A stretch of 64,000 nt of DNA. Origin: the human T2T-CHM13v2.0 reference genome, Homo sapiens. The translations under genes were made by a program, and so were the position numbers. The notes below the pieces were generated by a model. It made no database searches. It saw nothing but the letters and a program-made list of their open reading frames with translations, and was not told the origin of the DNA. Location: NCBI RefSeq assembly GCF_009914755.1, contig NC_060932.1. One strand, 5' to 3'. This document shows, in pieces, positions 13,791 to 27,160 of this stretch (within the stretch, counting starts at the first letter, position 1; each line of letters starts with the position of its first letter).

Positions 13791-14507
13791 CGATACAGAC
13801 AGGAGGTAGGAGGGCGGGGGTCCCTGGTGAGAGCTACACCCTCAAGCTTGGACCTGCAGCCCTAAATGAGAACAGGCACTCCTGTTTTCCTGCCTGAATG
13901 TTGTTTTTTGACCCACCTCTTCCCACTATCCTGTACCCATATAAACCCCAGACCTCAGCTGGCAGAAGGACAAACAGCTGAACATCAAGAGGAGAAGCAG
14001 CAACTGAACGTTGGAGACTATGGATAGATGTGGCTTAACTTCAGAGAGCACAACTTCAGAAAGGAGTCCAGCTGTAGAGGGCCAGGCTTCAGGGAAAGAT
14101 CACCTTCCCGTACCATACCCTTTCCAGCTCCCCTTCCACTGGGAGCTACTTCCACTGCTTAATAAATCCTCCATATTCACAATTCTTCAAGTTTTGTGAC
14201 CTGATTCTTCCTGGATGCCAGGCAAGGACCCGGATACCAGAGGGCAAGTTGTAAAAGGCTGTCACCCTGACTCTCCACTGAGCTGGTTCACACTTAGCTG
14301 TCCACAGACAGCAACTGCTAAAAAAGCATTAATTGTAACACACCCCTAGACACTACTGTGGGGCCAGAGCCCAAAAGCGCTCACCCTGGCCCTGGCACCG
14401 TCTCGCCTGCATACTCCCTCCCACTCCTGCAAGGGATTTGAGCAAGGCAGCCAAACCCCTATTGCAAGTCCCTCCCAAGAAGGGGTCCAGGGAATTCTCC
14501 TGTGCCA
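13791..14507 (+). mobile_element. LTR1/LTR27-group ERV1 solo LTR
   Basis: gatacagacaggagg...caccctcaagc...TATAAA...AATAAA...ccagggaattctcctgtgcca, with a 4-bp TSD ATAT. Confidence 0.8.
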
Positions 14508-16224
14508 ATATTACTAAAAATCCTTTTAGAAAGCAGGAGTATGGGGGGATGACTGATAATAATACATTACTACAAAAATGGTAGGTAATTCTGAAAATAT
14601 GTTTCTATTATTATTCTTTGGATCAGAATTTTAAATCTTTGGGATTTCTTTCAACTACATGAATGAGAATTAATATAGGAATTCTTCTATTCTGTTTTGT
14701 TGCTTGCTGAGAAAAGTATGTTTCCAAACACAACTTTTGGAAAGTTTACCTGATGTAAGTAATAATGTAATATATAAAGTATATTTACCTTCTCTTTTAA
14801 CATCAAGTAGGCAAGTTCACAGTTAACTGAAGTTTTATAACTATTATGTACATATCACAGCCACTTCAAAATATAATACACAATAAAAATGTAGACTCTG
14901 TAGCCTGTGTAACTAGTGGATATGCAAACTTAACACATACTAAATATCTAAAATCTCTATCGATATTTAAAAAACCATTAAAATGTTTGCACTTACTTGA
15001 CAAATATAATCAGTATCATTTTATTTCATCATTGTGCTTCGGGCTACAAAGTAAAATTCAGATTATCTTGTAATAGTGTCACATCTTTTCCAGGCTTTAT
15101 ATGTATTCTTCCATAGGCAGCCAAGCAGAACAAAAATTTGAAAAATTGTTTGGTCCAGTTAAAAGAAAACTTCTTAGTTTGATTAATAGTGTGTGTATTT
15201 GAATGTGTGTGTGTATGCATTTATATATTTATAAATTAGTGACCTCTTCTTTTTTGATAGCAGGATTTTCAAACGTAAAATTTAAATTGGACCAAAAAAT
15301 TGATTGATTTATAATTCAATTGATTGTCACAACTTGAAACATTTGAGGGATCCAATTCTTAATATAAGAAAGATTTATGTTATTTTGCAAAGTAAATCTC
15401 AAGTCAATGCTGTTAGAGAAGTGAAACTCATATTCAAGCTCTTTTTTGTTTGTCTGAGAAGTTCTGCGAAGCCACTAAATCTCAAGCAGGAAATCATTAG
15501 TATAATCACTAAGATGTTTGCAATTACCACATTTTTATAGTGATAGTTTTTTTGTATTCTTATTATTGCTTACATTCTCTTAAACAAGGATGTTTGCCCA
15601 TTATCAGTTTCTTTCAATTAAAAACAATACCATGAAGGAAAATCTTTCCATTTCATAAAATCCCTGCTTTAAAATTTTAGCAATCATGCAAAATAATGAC
15701 TGCAGAAAGATTACAAGATGTTTTGATTATTTAAACAATAACATTACACACATTAAATAAAAATCACATGAAATCTTAATGGACTAATAAAAATTTAATT
15801 CTGACAAAGAATGTCATAGACAAAGAATGTCTATGACAAAGAATGTCTGTAAAATCCTACCCAACTGGAAACTCAAATCATTTTAAGCATATTTTAATGT
15901 TTAAACAGGCTTCATTGATAAACCACATAGAAAATACCTTGTGCAATACATTTTTAACAAGATAAAAGAGCACTGAAACTGTGAAACATATATTTTTTTA
16001 TTTTATAATTGCATTGTTAAATATTTCCTCATAGTAAAAAATTAATAGAATCATTAAAGAAAAAATGTGATACATAGATAAAAAGAAAACAAAAAACACC
16101 CATAAATCCACCATAAAGAAAGACTCACTTTAAAATGTTGATTTGTTGTTTCTTGCTAGTCTTTGTCTTATTTTAGGTAATTGTTATATGGCAATGTATA
16201 CTGTAAACATCTTATTGAATTGGT

Positions 16225-17250
16225 ACTTTTACATCCAGATATGATGGAGTGACACACTTGTCCATTTACCTTAAAAATTAATATCTGGAAAAGGATATAA
16301 AAGCATAATTTTCAGACTTGAACCAAAAGCAGCACAGACAGTGATCAATGAGAGAAGTAAGGAAATAAGAACTGGAACCCAGCTGGAGCTTGGGTGCCTC
16401 TCTGAGTTCATGATAAGAATTTACAATTTGACATAGCCAAGGCATCTATAATTCACAGGGCAGAATGGAAAGAAGACACCTGGCTATCAGCAGAGTATTT
16501 CTCTCGAGAATACACCTAAATATTGATTAAGGCTGCATGTAACAAAACTACCTGAGACCTGGAAAAGAAGGACCGGGAGAGAGCAGACAGTAAAATTATC
16601 AGACACCCCAGAGGGCCAAGTATGGTTTTATGTTTCCATTAGCTAAAGCAGAAATGCCTCCTCAACAAATGGAACAGCTAGCAGATTTTTCAAAAGAAAT
16701 AACCCCAGTAACGGGGCCAAATTAGCATACACTAATGATTATTCTCTGGTCCTGGCTAAGAAAGCTTAAAATCAAGCTGGGAAAATATAAAATTGTTTTC
16801 AAAATACTTAGTGCACCCTAGTACCAGCCAAGGCCAACTATATTTAACAAAATACAAAACCCAAAACAAAACCAAAAAGGATTCTCAACATAAATTCTCA
16901 AATAACAATAAGTAGCTTTTCATCAAAAAATTTCAGGCATAACAATAAGCAGGAAAATATAGTCTATAATAAGAACAAAAGATAATCAATAATGTTAGAT
17001 CCAGAAATGACAGAGATGATGAAAATAGCAGACAATGTCATTGCACCATGTTTTATAAATATATTTTATATATTTATGGAATTACAGAAGAGGAAAGCCT
17101 GAGCATAATAGGGAGGTATATTAACTATACAAAAAGATACAAATCATACCTCTAGAGATAAAAATACACTGAATGACATTTAAAAATATTTGATACCACA
17201 GAACAAAATGTTAGTCAACTTGCAGATAGAGCAAAAGCAATGGAATTCTG
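16225..17250 (+). mobile_element. Ancient L1M 5' UTR/ORF1 fragment
   Basis: ccagaaatgacagagatgatgaaaatagcagac and ctagagataaaaatacactgaatgacatt match L1M ORF1-region motifs. Confidence 0.65.
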
Positions 17251-17259
17251 TCCAAAACA

Positions 17260-18210
17260 TATCTTATCTTACTTCTAACTTTTTTTAATTACTAAACTTA
17301 AGTCTACAGTCCATTGTGCTTTAATTTGTATGTGATGTGGGGAAAGGGACAAAATTTATTTTACATTGAAATGTTCATTTGTTATAGCCCAATTTGTTGT
17401 GAAGATCATTCTTTTCCATTTGAATTATCTTGGGTGTTTTATTAAACATTGATTCTACATATATGATGGGTTTATTTCTACATCCTCTAATTTGTTCTAT
17501 TGATCTATATTTCTATACAGCTGCCCATCAATATTCACGTGGTATTGGTTCCAGGACCCTTGTAGATCCCAAAATTCACAGATGCTCAGTTCATATACAT
17601 ATATATAAATGAAATGGTGGTAGTATTTACATATAACCTATGCATATACTCCCATATACTTTAGATAATCTCTGGATTAAATACAACCTCCAATACAATG
17701 CAAATGCAATGTAAATAGTTGTTATACTGTATTGTTTTAAAATTTGTATTATTTTCTGTTGTTATATTGTTATTATTTTTCAGTATTTTTGAGCAGTGGT
17801 TGGTTGAATCCTCAGATGGGGAACTCACAGATATGGAGGACTTGACTGACTGTAGTTTCTTTATTAACAAATTGTCTTAGTTATTATTCCTTTAGGGTAA
17901 GCCTTGAAATCAAGTAGTGTATATTCTCCTTCTTTTCATTCAAAATTTGTCTTTTCCAGGTCCTTTATTTTTCTGTATAAGTTCAGGGATCAACATGTGA
18001 ATTTCTAAAATAATGTGGAATGTTGGTTAGATAAGTATATTAAACTAATAGATTACTTTGTGGAGACCTGACATCATAAAAAAAAAAAACTATAACTTCT
18101 CTTCCATGAGTATTGTATCTCTCTCCGTTTACTTAGGTCTTCTTTATTTTCTTTAATAATATTTAATAGTTTTCAGGATACAAGTTCTCAAATAATGTGT
18201 TATATGTATT
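17260..18210 (-). mobile_element. Ancient L1M ORF2 fragment, split by MER2
   Basis: Antisense ORF2 motifs (ttgttgtgaagatcattcttttccatttgaatt, gccttgaaatcaagtagtgt, ttccatgagtattgtatctctctccgtttacttaggtcttc). Confidence 0.7.
17518..17852. mobile_element. MER2 (TcMar-Tigger MITE)
   Basis: TA|cag...ctg|TA termini, ttggttccaggaccc and gttggttgaatcc...gatatggagg. Confidence 0.85.
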
Positions 18211-18336
18211 GGAAATACAAATGCATATTGTGTGTGTAATTCTTGCTCTTTATGATGCTGAGATAGTTAAAATGACTGTGCAAGCTAGAACTTTGCAAAG
18301 TGGTGTTAATGATTAATGGTAAAAATTATAATTGTT

Positions 18337-18712
<376 letters not shown>

Positions 18713-21509
18713 TTATACCCTGGGGCTATGTTGAAATTAAGTCATCTAGAAGGCCAGGGATCATGGTCAGAAGGCACACCTTGGACATGGGTGACATATC
18801 CTTAGGGTGTAAGGACAGGCATAGGTTTTTTTAAACAGTTATATTCCTGCCTAACAGTCACCAGGGCCTCTGGGAGTCAAGACTCTAGGCAATAAAAAGG
18901 CTAGTTGTACAGGTATTAGGTTGTTTGCCTGTAAGTTATAACCTATGTTGAATGGTTGAAGTGCCCAGAAGAAGGGAATTCTCATGTCACAGATTCCACT
19001 TGAAATGAGAGGCTGGAACAAAACCGCTAGTAACCAGTAACCAGGCACCTTTATTTGTTTACAGAGAGACAAGCTTGCATAAAATTTCACTGACTCTCTC
19101 TTCATAGGCTTTTAGGAATTTTTTTTTTGAACTATATGGCTGAGGACAAGGAAAACAAAACAAAACAAAAACAGATAAAAGAACCTACCGCCTACAGTGG
19201 GAAGCTAAAGCATCTTAATATTCCAGAAACCATTCAGGATCTTTAGGGAAAATCTCATATATGTGACAATATCTGCAAAGGTACTGATGCCCCTCAGAAG
19301 CCAGTGATTCCAAGGCTGGAGGAATTGCTAAAGCCTTAAATGTTAATTTTAACCTGTGAATGCTTGCAGAGAGTAGGATAGGGTTTACATGGGAGCCCAC
19401 TTCTAACTAAAACACTGGTCTTACCCATCAGAAAGAGACAGGAGAGCCACTGAATTCAGGGAGAAAAAAAGACTTCCTTATACTCTTATTCCATTGGGAA
19501 AGAGCCTGCTGTATTAGAAAAGTTCCCGTTCTGAATTACAGGGATGTCCCAGAGATTAATATTGGTTGGCATGGGTCCAGGGTCCTGGGACATTTGCCAG
19601 GTGCTGAAGCTCTGGGTTGATACAAAGACAGACTGAATATGAAAGGACTTATGGGGAGAAAACTGTCAGGACTGGACCAACTGGGATAGTGACAGGAAAG
19701 CTAAAACAATTCTAGGGAAAGAAACATCTGGAAGATAAAGAAGGAGGGGAAAGGTCATTAGGAAGACATTGTATGAGGAATTCCTGTGTCAGGGGGCTAT
19801 AATAGTCTTTAGAGATGTACGCTATTCATTCTTACCCCAGAGCACACAGCCTACTAGTTCTCAAACACATACAGTGAAGGATTGCCTATCTTGTCTCAAA
19901 ATTACTTAAAAATAATATTTCCACTACTTTGATTGCCACCCCGCCATTGAACTTTACCTAGCCTGTTCAGACCAGAGAAGAACTAATCTTAGAGGCCAAC
20001 AATGCCTCCCTAGACAGTTGCTACGCTGAAAGGGGAGGGAACCCCTAACATTTCCAAGTCAAGTGGACACTGGAGCCCTGGAAACTGAATTTAGGCTCAC
20101 CTGATGAAACTGCTATTCTTTTAGCAACAGCTAAATGAAGCCAGGGCAGTTTGGCTTACTCACTGCAAAACCTGCTGATGGCTTTTACAGTGATGGATGG
20201 ATCAAATCAGGGCTTGTTGCAGGATGGCATGCTGATGGGACAGGTGAATCTACGTAATCACCACAGCCTTTAGCAAGGACACCAGACTTTCAGGAATAAG
20301 GTATTGTAGGAATGAGGAGCCACAGTGAACTTCTTCCATTTTTCCATTTCAATTTTCGCAGATAAATAGGCCTTTATACCAAGAGAAAATAATTTCTGGG
20401 TCTCCGTGGAAAAACAATAGTAATGTGACAGATTATCTATCTGATTCACTTCTGAGGGAAAATGAATTGAACCACAGTTGACTAGATATAGACATGACAC
20501 TCCAAAGGACAGATGATTATTTGGGTCAGGTAGAAGAACAAATAACCCCTCTTTTATTTCTCTCTCAGATACATCTGATATGCTCCTGAATCAAGGGATT
20601 GAACTGAAGAAGAGCAGAGTTGTCTGAAAGGACCACCAGGAGGCTCAGGAAACTTAGTACGTAGCTTGTGGTCTAACACATGTCTTCTAAATTTGTTTTG
20701 AGAAAATCGACCAAAAATATTTATCTTTTATGTGAGATGGACAACAGTTCACATTTAATCTTATGTCACATTTATATTTTGTGTTCCTACTCTCATGGTA
20801 CAGTCCACAGCGATATTAACATTGGTGTTTCATAGAACATCATGCTATGTTAACGGCATCATGCTAATTTAAGCTAGTGAACAGAAATGGTAAGTACTCT
20901 GGATATGTAAATGAGCTTTACATATGCTAAAACAAGAGAGATGAACTTCATAAAGTTTTCAGGGGCCTGCAATATTAATGAAGTTTTCAAATCACCAGTG
21001 GTATGAGTATACTGAAATGTCATCTTTAAAGGCAGGGCCAGACTGCTGCCTTTTCATGACCTACTACTAAGGGAACAACTTGGAATGTTCCAAGGAACAA
21101 TTTAGGGAGCCTCTGTGGATCAGAAAGAAGTCTCTGGAAAGCCACAATAGGAGAGCATGGTAGGTAGAATTTCAAAAGAAACTCAGTGGCCTTCAGTCTT
21201 GTCAAAGCTCCTCCACTCGAGTGTGGGTGGAACCTGTGAGTATGATGAACAATCGCTGCTGTGATGATGTTAAATTATATGTGAAAAGGTGTTTTGCTGA
21301 AGTGATTAGGTTCCAAACCCAAATCAGTTTACCTTAAGATAAGAAGATTATTTTTGGTGAGTCAGAGCTACTCAGGTGACACTTTAAAAGGAATGAGATT
21401 GTTTCAGGAGAAAGTTTTAAAATGTGAGAGAAATTCAACAAGAGGGAGATACTGTGTAATTGTCTTTGAAGATGGAGCGTACTAGATAGCAAGCAAAGAG
21501 CTAAGATAG

Positions 21510-22293
21510 TGTGTCTGGAATTGGTTCCTTCCGGTGGGTTCTTGGTCTCACTGACTTCAAGAATGAAGCCGCGGACCGTGGCAGGGAGTGTTACAGTTCT
21601 TAAAGATGGTGTGTCTCGAGTTCGCTCTTTCCGATGTTTAGATGTATCCAGAATTTCTTCCTTCCGGTGGCTTCATGGTCTTGCTGACTTCAGGAGTGAA
21701 GCCACAGACCTTCATAGTTAGTGTTACAGCTCTTAAAGCTGGCACATTCCGAGTCATTCGTTCTTCCTGGTGGGTTCACGGTCTTGCTGACTTCAGGAGT
21801 GAAGCCGCAGACCTTCAGAGTGAGTGTTACAGCTCTTAAAGGTAGTGCGGATCCAAAGAGTGAGCAGCAGCAAGATTTATTGTGAAGAGCAAAAGAACAA
21901 AGCCTCCACAGCACTCAAAAGCAGACATGAGCAGGTTGCCACGCTGGCTTGGGTGGCCAGCTTTTATTCCCTTATTTGGCCCCACCCGCATCCTGCTGAT
22001 TGGTCCATTTTACGGAGTGACGATTGGTCCGTTTTACAGAATGCTGATTGGTGCCTTTACAAACCTTTAGCTAGACACAGAGTGCTGATTGTTGCATTTA
22101 CAATCCTTCGGCTAGTCAGAAAAGTTCTCCAAGTCCCCTACTCCATTAGCTAGACACAGAGTGCTGATTGGTGCATTTATAAACCTTTAGCTAGACACAG
22201 AGCGCTGATTGGTGCGTTTACAATCCTTTAGCTAGAAAGAAAATTTCTCCAAGTCCCCACCCGACCCAGAAGCCCAGCTGGCTTCACCTCTAA
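21510..22293 (-). mobile_element. LTR12 (ERV9) solo LTR
   Basis: tgtgtctggaattggttccttccggtgggttcttggtctc...cccagaagcccagctggcttcacctct, repeated gctgattgg units and a 4-bp TSD ATAG (21506-21509 and 22294-22297). Confidence 0.95.
21995..22215 (-). promoter_or_regulatory. LTR12 U3 CCAAT-box (NF-Y) array
   Basis: About 5 intact GATTGG (CCAATC on the - strand) plus one mutated copy. NF-Y binding is established for LTR12; activity of this copy is unknown. Confidence 0.6.
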
Positions 22294-22421
22294 ATAGGAG
22301 CTAAGAACAACCCCAGGATGACAAGCATGAAGGAATGAGGTCTTCTTCCTACAACCACAACGAATTGGGTTCTGTCAGCAATCAGAATGAGCTTGCACAC
22401 ATTTATTTCATCCTTAGACCC

Positions 22422-22794
22422 TGACATAGTTTGGATTTGTGTCTCCACCTAAATCGCACTTCAAATTATAGTCCCCAGTGTTGGAGGAGGGACTGTGTGG
22501 AACGTGGGCAGGTCATGGGGGTGGATTTCCCCCTTGCTGTTCTGGCAATAGTGAGTTCTCACAAGATCTAGTTGTTTAAAACTGTGTAGCCTCTCTCCCT
22601 TCACTCTCTTCCTCGTGCTCTGGCCATGTGAACATGTGCCTCCTTCCTCTTTGCTTTCTGACACAATTGTAAGTTTTCTGAGGCTTTCCCAGCCTTGCTT
22701 CCTGTATAGCCTGTGGAATTGTTAATCCTCTTTTTTTTCCTAAACTACCCAGTCTCAGGTAGTTCTTCATAGCAATGTGAGAACAGAATAATAA
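22422..22794 (+). mobile_element. MSTA-like MaLR solo LTR
   Basis: tgacatagtttggatttgtgtctccacc...cagtctcaggtagttcttcatagcaatgtgagaac with a perfect TSD GACCC (22417-22421 and 22795-22799). Confidence 0.9.
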
Positions 22795-23649
22795 GACCCT
22801 AAGCAGAAACCAAGCCAGACCAAGTCCAGACCATGCCTGGACTTATGATCTACAGAACTGTGAGATAATAAATGTGTGTTAAGCAAGACCAACATCCAGT
22901 TTTTAATATGATACTATCCTTCAAAAAGATAACCAGGCACTTAACGAAACATTGATTTTATTGAATCACTTCTATCCCAGAGGGGAAAACAGTTATTCTT
23001 TTATTGTTCTTGACACCAAGGTTTACTTTTCCAAGAGCAGTTTCTCTACCAGGACAACATCCCCATAAGATCCCACATATTATAGACTCAGATCAAATAA
23101 TGTATTTTATGGTGAAAGAGGCTTCCATTGAACCTGAAGCTATGCTTTTCACCTGATCATTTGGGCTTATCATTTTGGTTGTTCAACAGCCAGGGAAAGG
23201 AGTGAATAGATTTTTGGATTTTGCTAGAGTTTCAGCAACACAATACATCAGAGAGAAATATATCTGGAGCCCAGGAAATTAACTGAGGCAATTCTTGATC
23301 TAAGACCAGCGATAGCTCTATGCACACTTATGACAATTATTACCTGACAACGGCAGCTGCTAAAAGCTCTTTTTTCTCAGGGATTAAGGTCTGGGTAATT
23401 TTATCAGTCAAGTAACTGAGACCAGCTGAATTATTGCTGAGGGTGAGAATAATTTGGAATACCGTTTATGGTGAAAAAAAAAAAAACGAGATGACAATAT
23501 TGGTTAAGGCCTAGGGAGCAGCTGCAACTCTTGAGTATTTTAACTTGATCAATTGCCACTCTTATATTAAGTTTCTTATAGAATGTGAAGCAATCACTAA
23601 CTCTGTGGGACATTGTACTTAATATAGGACACAAGAGATCGTAAGTGGT

Positions 23650-24125
23650 TCAAGGAGCGATGGCCTTCATCGACCCTTCTATCACAAACTTTACCATAGT
23701 TTTTTTCTCCAGCATCATGGCACATTGCTATGGGTATTTAACACACCTCTTTCTTTCTGAATGGAGCTCGTCTGCTATAGCTGCATTAGATGACTGTTGA
23801 TGCCTACTCAGTCAAGCTGATGCATGTGTCTATGTTTAACTGTGGGGAGGTTGACAGTTCCTGGGTAAACAGATGTTACCCTCTTTCATGTCTCAGGCTG
23901 ATATGTATTTTATAGAGATTCTCATAGAGTTTGTAGGGGAATTGAGCCCCAATGGCCCAGAGTGGAAACTTTTCAATAATGCTCTTCAAGACAACTTTTT
24001 CTCTTTTTTTGTTTCACTTCTTACATTCTTCCCATTTTGGTTCCTTCATGTCACTTCTCAAAATAAACACCTGCATGAGTCCTCACCCCAAACCCTACTT
24101 TGTTGGGCGAACCCAAACAAGGGCA
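23650..24125 (+). mobile_element. LTR33/LTR16-like ERVL LTR (3' LTR of the remnant)
   Basis: attgagccccaatggcccagagtgg...aaataaacacctgca...gaacccaaacaagggca. Confidence 0.65.
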
Positions 24126-25482
24126 GCAGTGTGTCTGAGACATCCTGTATGAGAGGTGCTTAATAAATATTTGCTTCTTTGCTGCAGACTGTCTGCTCAA
24201 GTTTCTAAACTGGTTATTCATCTTAAGGTAGTTGTAGTCCTGGCTATCAGCAGAAATCAGAGAAAAAGAATAAAGTAAAACTTTAAACTATAAACCACAA
24301 AGCATGAGAAAAATCTTTCTGAACCCAAAACTTCAAAGTTTTCCTTGAAAAATAATATATTGCAGGGTCAGTACAAATTTTTAGCTAATTTACAAAATCT
24401 CTTACCATCAGACAAAAGGAGTTTAAAGATCTTTTGATAATGTATACTTTTCTGGTTCAAGGTGTACTTAAAAGCATAGCATGTATGAAAAATTACTTGA
24501 GCTCTATGCTTGTCTTCTTTCCTTCTATGGATGCCAGGCTATCAGAGTCATAACACACGAGAAACAATTTTTATTGACGTCAAAATTCTAGCTTAACTGT
24601 TTTATTTTTTGTTAAATGAACAAATCTGTAGGATTTGTTAGAGAAAAGAATCAGGAGCCTAACTAATTTATTTTTCCTTTTCCTCAATTGTCTCTTTATA
24701 TGGACTTTCTTAGGAGAAAAAATGAAAACAGGTACCGCAGTGATTTCAATTGCTATACTATTAATAGCCTTCTTTTCTTTTAGGGGGAAAAAAGAAGAAA
24801 ATACTATTTTAGGATGTCAAGGCCCTTGAGATATGGGGAAGCTTTGGCTGCATGAGACTCTGTGGGTACACACAGCTATCACAGCAATACGTATCAAAGA
24901 CTTTAAATGGATCTCAGTGCCCCAGAAAGAATATGTGGTAGCTAATTTATGGCTAAATTTATAAAATAGGTGGATGGTGTTCTATCAATTTCTTTTCAGA
25001 CATAACCAAAGCATAAGAATTATAGTAAGATAAACATATACCTTAGAGAAAAAAAATAAGGTTATAAGGTAATAACCCCAGGGTAACTCAAAATATCTTA
25101 ATATCTATGTAATGGTGTAATGGTAACAATCCAGAATATTTTGAATATAAGATCCATCAAGGATTTTAGGTGGAGGTAGTAGATCATATATATAACTTTT
25201 TAAATATAGTTTCATTTGAATTTTATGTAATAATCCATGCTGCTTATTTCCTTATATACGGTTTTTACTTCATTCTCTACCTTTTCTAATACCTAGAACT
25301 CTAGTTGGAATGAAAAGGAATATTTATGTCATTTCAATTCAATTTTACTACCATACCATGTTTCCATTATGGATAAATCTATATTAATATTTTGGTATAA
25401 GTACCCTCTTAGACATTAGAAGTCAATTTGGGTGTACTGCATGATATTAAATGAAACATAATTTTAATGGAAACAACTATAA

Positions 25483-26330
25483 ATATATTTCAGGCCCAGA
25501 AACTTAATTAATAACTTATAAGCCTTGTCACTAACTTACATAGATCATAAAAAAAATCATTTGAAAATGTAAAAACAAACACACAAACTTATAATTTCCT
25601 TATATTTTCATTTAATTGTACTTATTTCATATTTTCTTTAATGGTAAAGTTAATTCATAATGTCATATACTTTATAAAGTTTATAAGTAACAAAAGAATT
25701 ATATCTAGTAGTACATTTTGATTTTTATGCCTATTTGATCATCTATTCAAAAATGATAATTATTCAGATTTTAAAATATGAACTATGTTCAAAAATGGTA
25801 TATGTTCATGTTTATGAATAAATTAAAAAGATAAGCACTCAGTGAGATATGAATAAATTAGGATGCATTACATCATTGATCACAGATATGGAAGCATGGC
25901 AGTCTCATCCTGAGAGGTGCTCAGTTCCTTTCTAAGGGTCATACAAAGAGAAATCCCTTGTTTCAAAACTCTATATAGTGGCAAAGCATGTCACCTTTCA
26001 CAGAAAAGACTCAAAGAATCACTTCCGAAAATGGTAAGCTCATTCTCTCTGAGCATTTCCACAATGAAAGACAACCCTGCCAAACAGAGAAAGGCCTTTT
26101 ATTTCAAAATGAGAAATCACATTAAACATTTTTTCTCATTGGATTTTATAGTATTTTCTGAGGATCAAATTTGGCACTGGCTAGATTTAAATTGAATATA
26201 TATATATATTTTTCAGGCACAGAAAGTTAATTAATAACTTATAATAATTTATAAGCCTTGCCACTAACTTACATGGATCATAAAAAGAAATATATCATTT
26301 GAAAATGTAAAAAAACCACAAACTTATAAT
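25483..26330 (+). repeat. Dispersed direct repeat of about 115 bp (25483-25595 and about 26208-26330)
   Basis: Both copies read tttcaggcNcagaaaNttaattaataacttata...agccttgNcactaacttacatNgatcataaaaa...tcatttgaaaatgtaaaaa...cacaaacttataat. Confidence 0.9.
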
Positions 26331-26734
26331 ATATAATATATGTTATATACTATACTTATATTATATTAAACCTATAACATTATTTATGCTGCTTTCAGTG
26401 GAAAAAAATTTGAACAAAATTTGAAGGATGTAGTATACTCTAAATAATTTGCATAGAATATGTATTTATGCTTTTAATGATTTTAACTTATTTTATTTTC
26501 TATCATATTTACCATCAAAAAAATAAAATTAACTTTTAATATTATTTTTACATTAATAATAATCATAGTAATTATGTTAATAACTCTACTCTTTCTTCTG
26601 CTGTCAACTATGGAGAAATCTGACTTCTACAGACCATATTCTAGTCAAATGGTTTAAGACTCTTCTCTAAAGAATTTAGGTTTCTAATCTGGTAAGTGAG
26701 GATTATACTTTCATACAGTCTTCCCCAGACAGCT

Positions 26735-26962
26735 GAGTGTAGTGTTTAAAGGCTTAGTGCCTGAGTAATGCATCTACTACTTGTTAAGTGCAAGATACTC
26801 CCCTTGGGGCTTTAACATTTTCAGCTGTAAAATGGATGCAATACTGCAATATTAATAATACCTAGCACAAAAATTGCCAGGAATATGAAATCAGATATTA
26901 TATATAGCACTTCACATTGTAACTGCCCCATATTAAATGTTAATAAATATTGTTATTTTTAT
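26735..26962 (+). mobile_element. MIR
   Basis: cagctgtaaaatgg...aataatacct...tagcactt...taataaatattgttatt. Confidence 0.65.
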
Positions 26963-26994
26963 TATCTTTACCTTTAAGCACTTCTGTGAATGTT

Positions 26995-27160
26995 ACATAT
27001 TAATATTTGTTAAATATTAATTTCAAAATTAATTAAAATTTAATTAAATTTAATAATTTTAATTTATTTATAAATAAATATAAATTAATTTTAAAATTCA
27101 TATTAATGTTTTAGAAATATTTTAAATTAAAATTTACATATTAATAAAAAGCTATTAATA
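26995..27160. repeat. AT-rich low-complexity tract
   Basis: Almost entirely A/T, with short palindromes. Confidence 0.8.

Larger units (their letters stand above)
21157..22885 (+). mobile_element. MLT1E-like MaLR LTR in three pieces (21157-21509, 22298-22421, 22800-22885)
   Basis: tggtaggtagaatt...gagtgtgggtggaacctgtgagtatgatg; cctacaaccacaacgaattgggttctg; ctacagaactgtgagataataaatg. Confidence 0.75.
20500..23640 (+). mobile_element. Ancient ERVL-class internal (pol/integrase) remnant, ERV3-16A3-like, interrupted by MLT1E, LTR12 and MSTA
   Basis: Degenerate RT-region motifs (ggacaacagttcacattta, ggcatcatgctaatt, ttcaggggcctgc) followed by an LTR33-like 3' LTR. Confidence 0.55.

Noticed and set aside
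21530-22260. Regularly spaced repeats resembling a CRISPR array
   Set aside because: They are the internal tandem units of LTR12 in eukaryotic DNA; there are no unique spacers or cas genes.
26995-27160. PATRR-like long AT palindrome
   Set aside because: Only short local palindromes; no long perfect inverted arms are visible.
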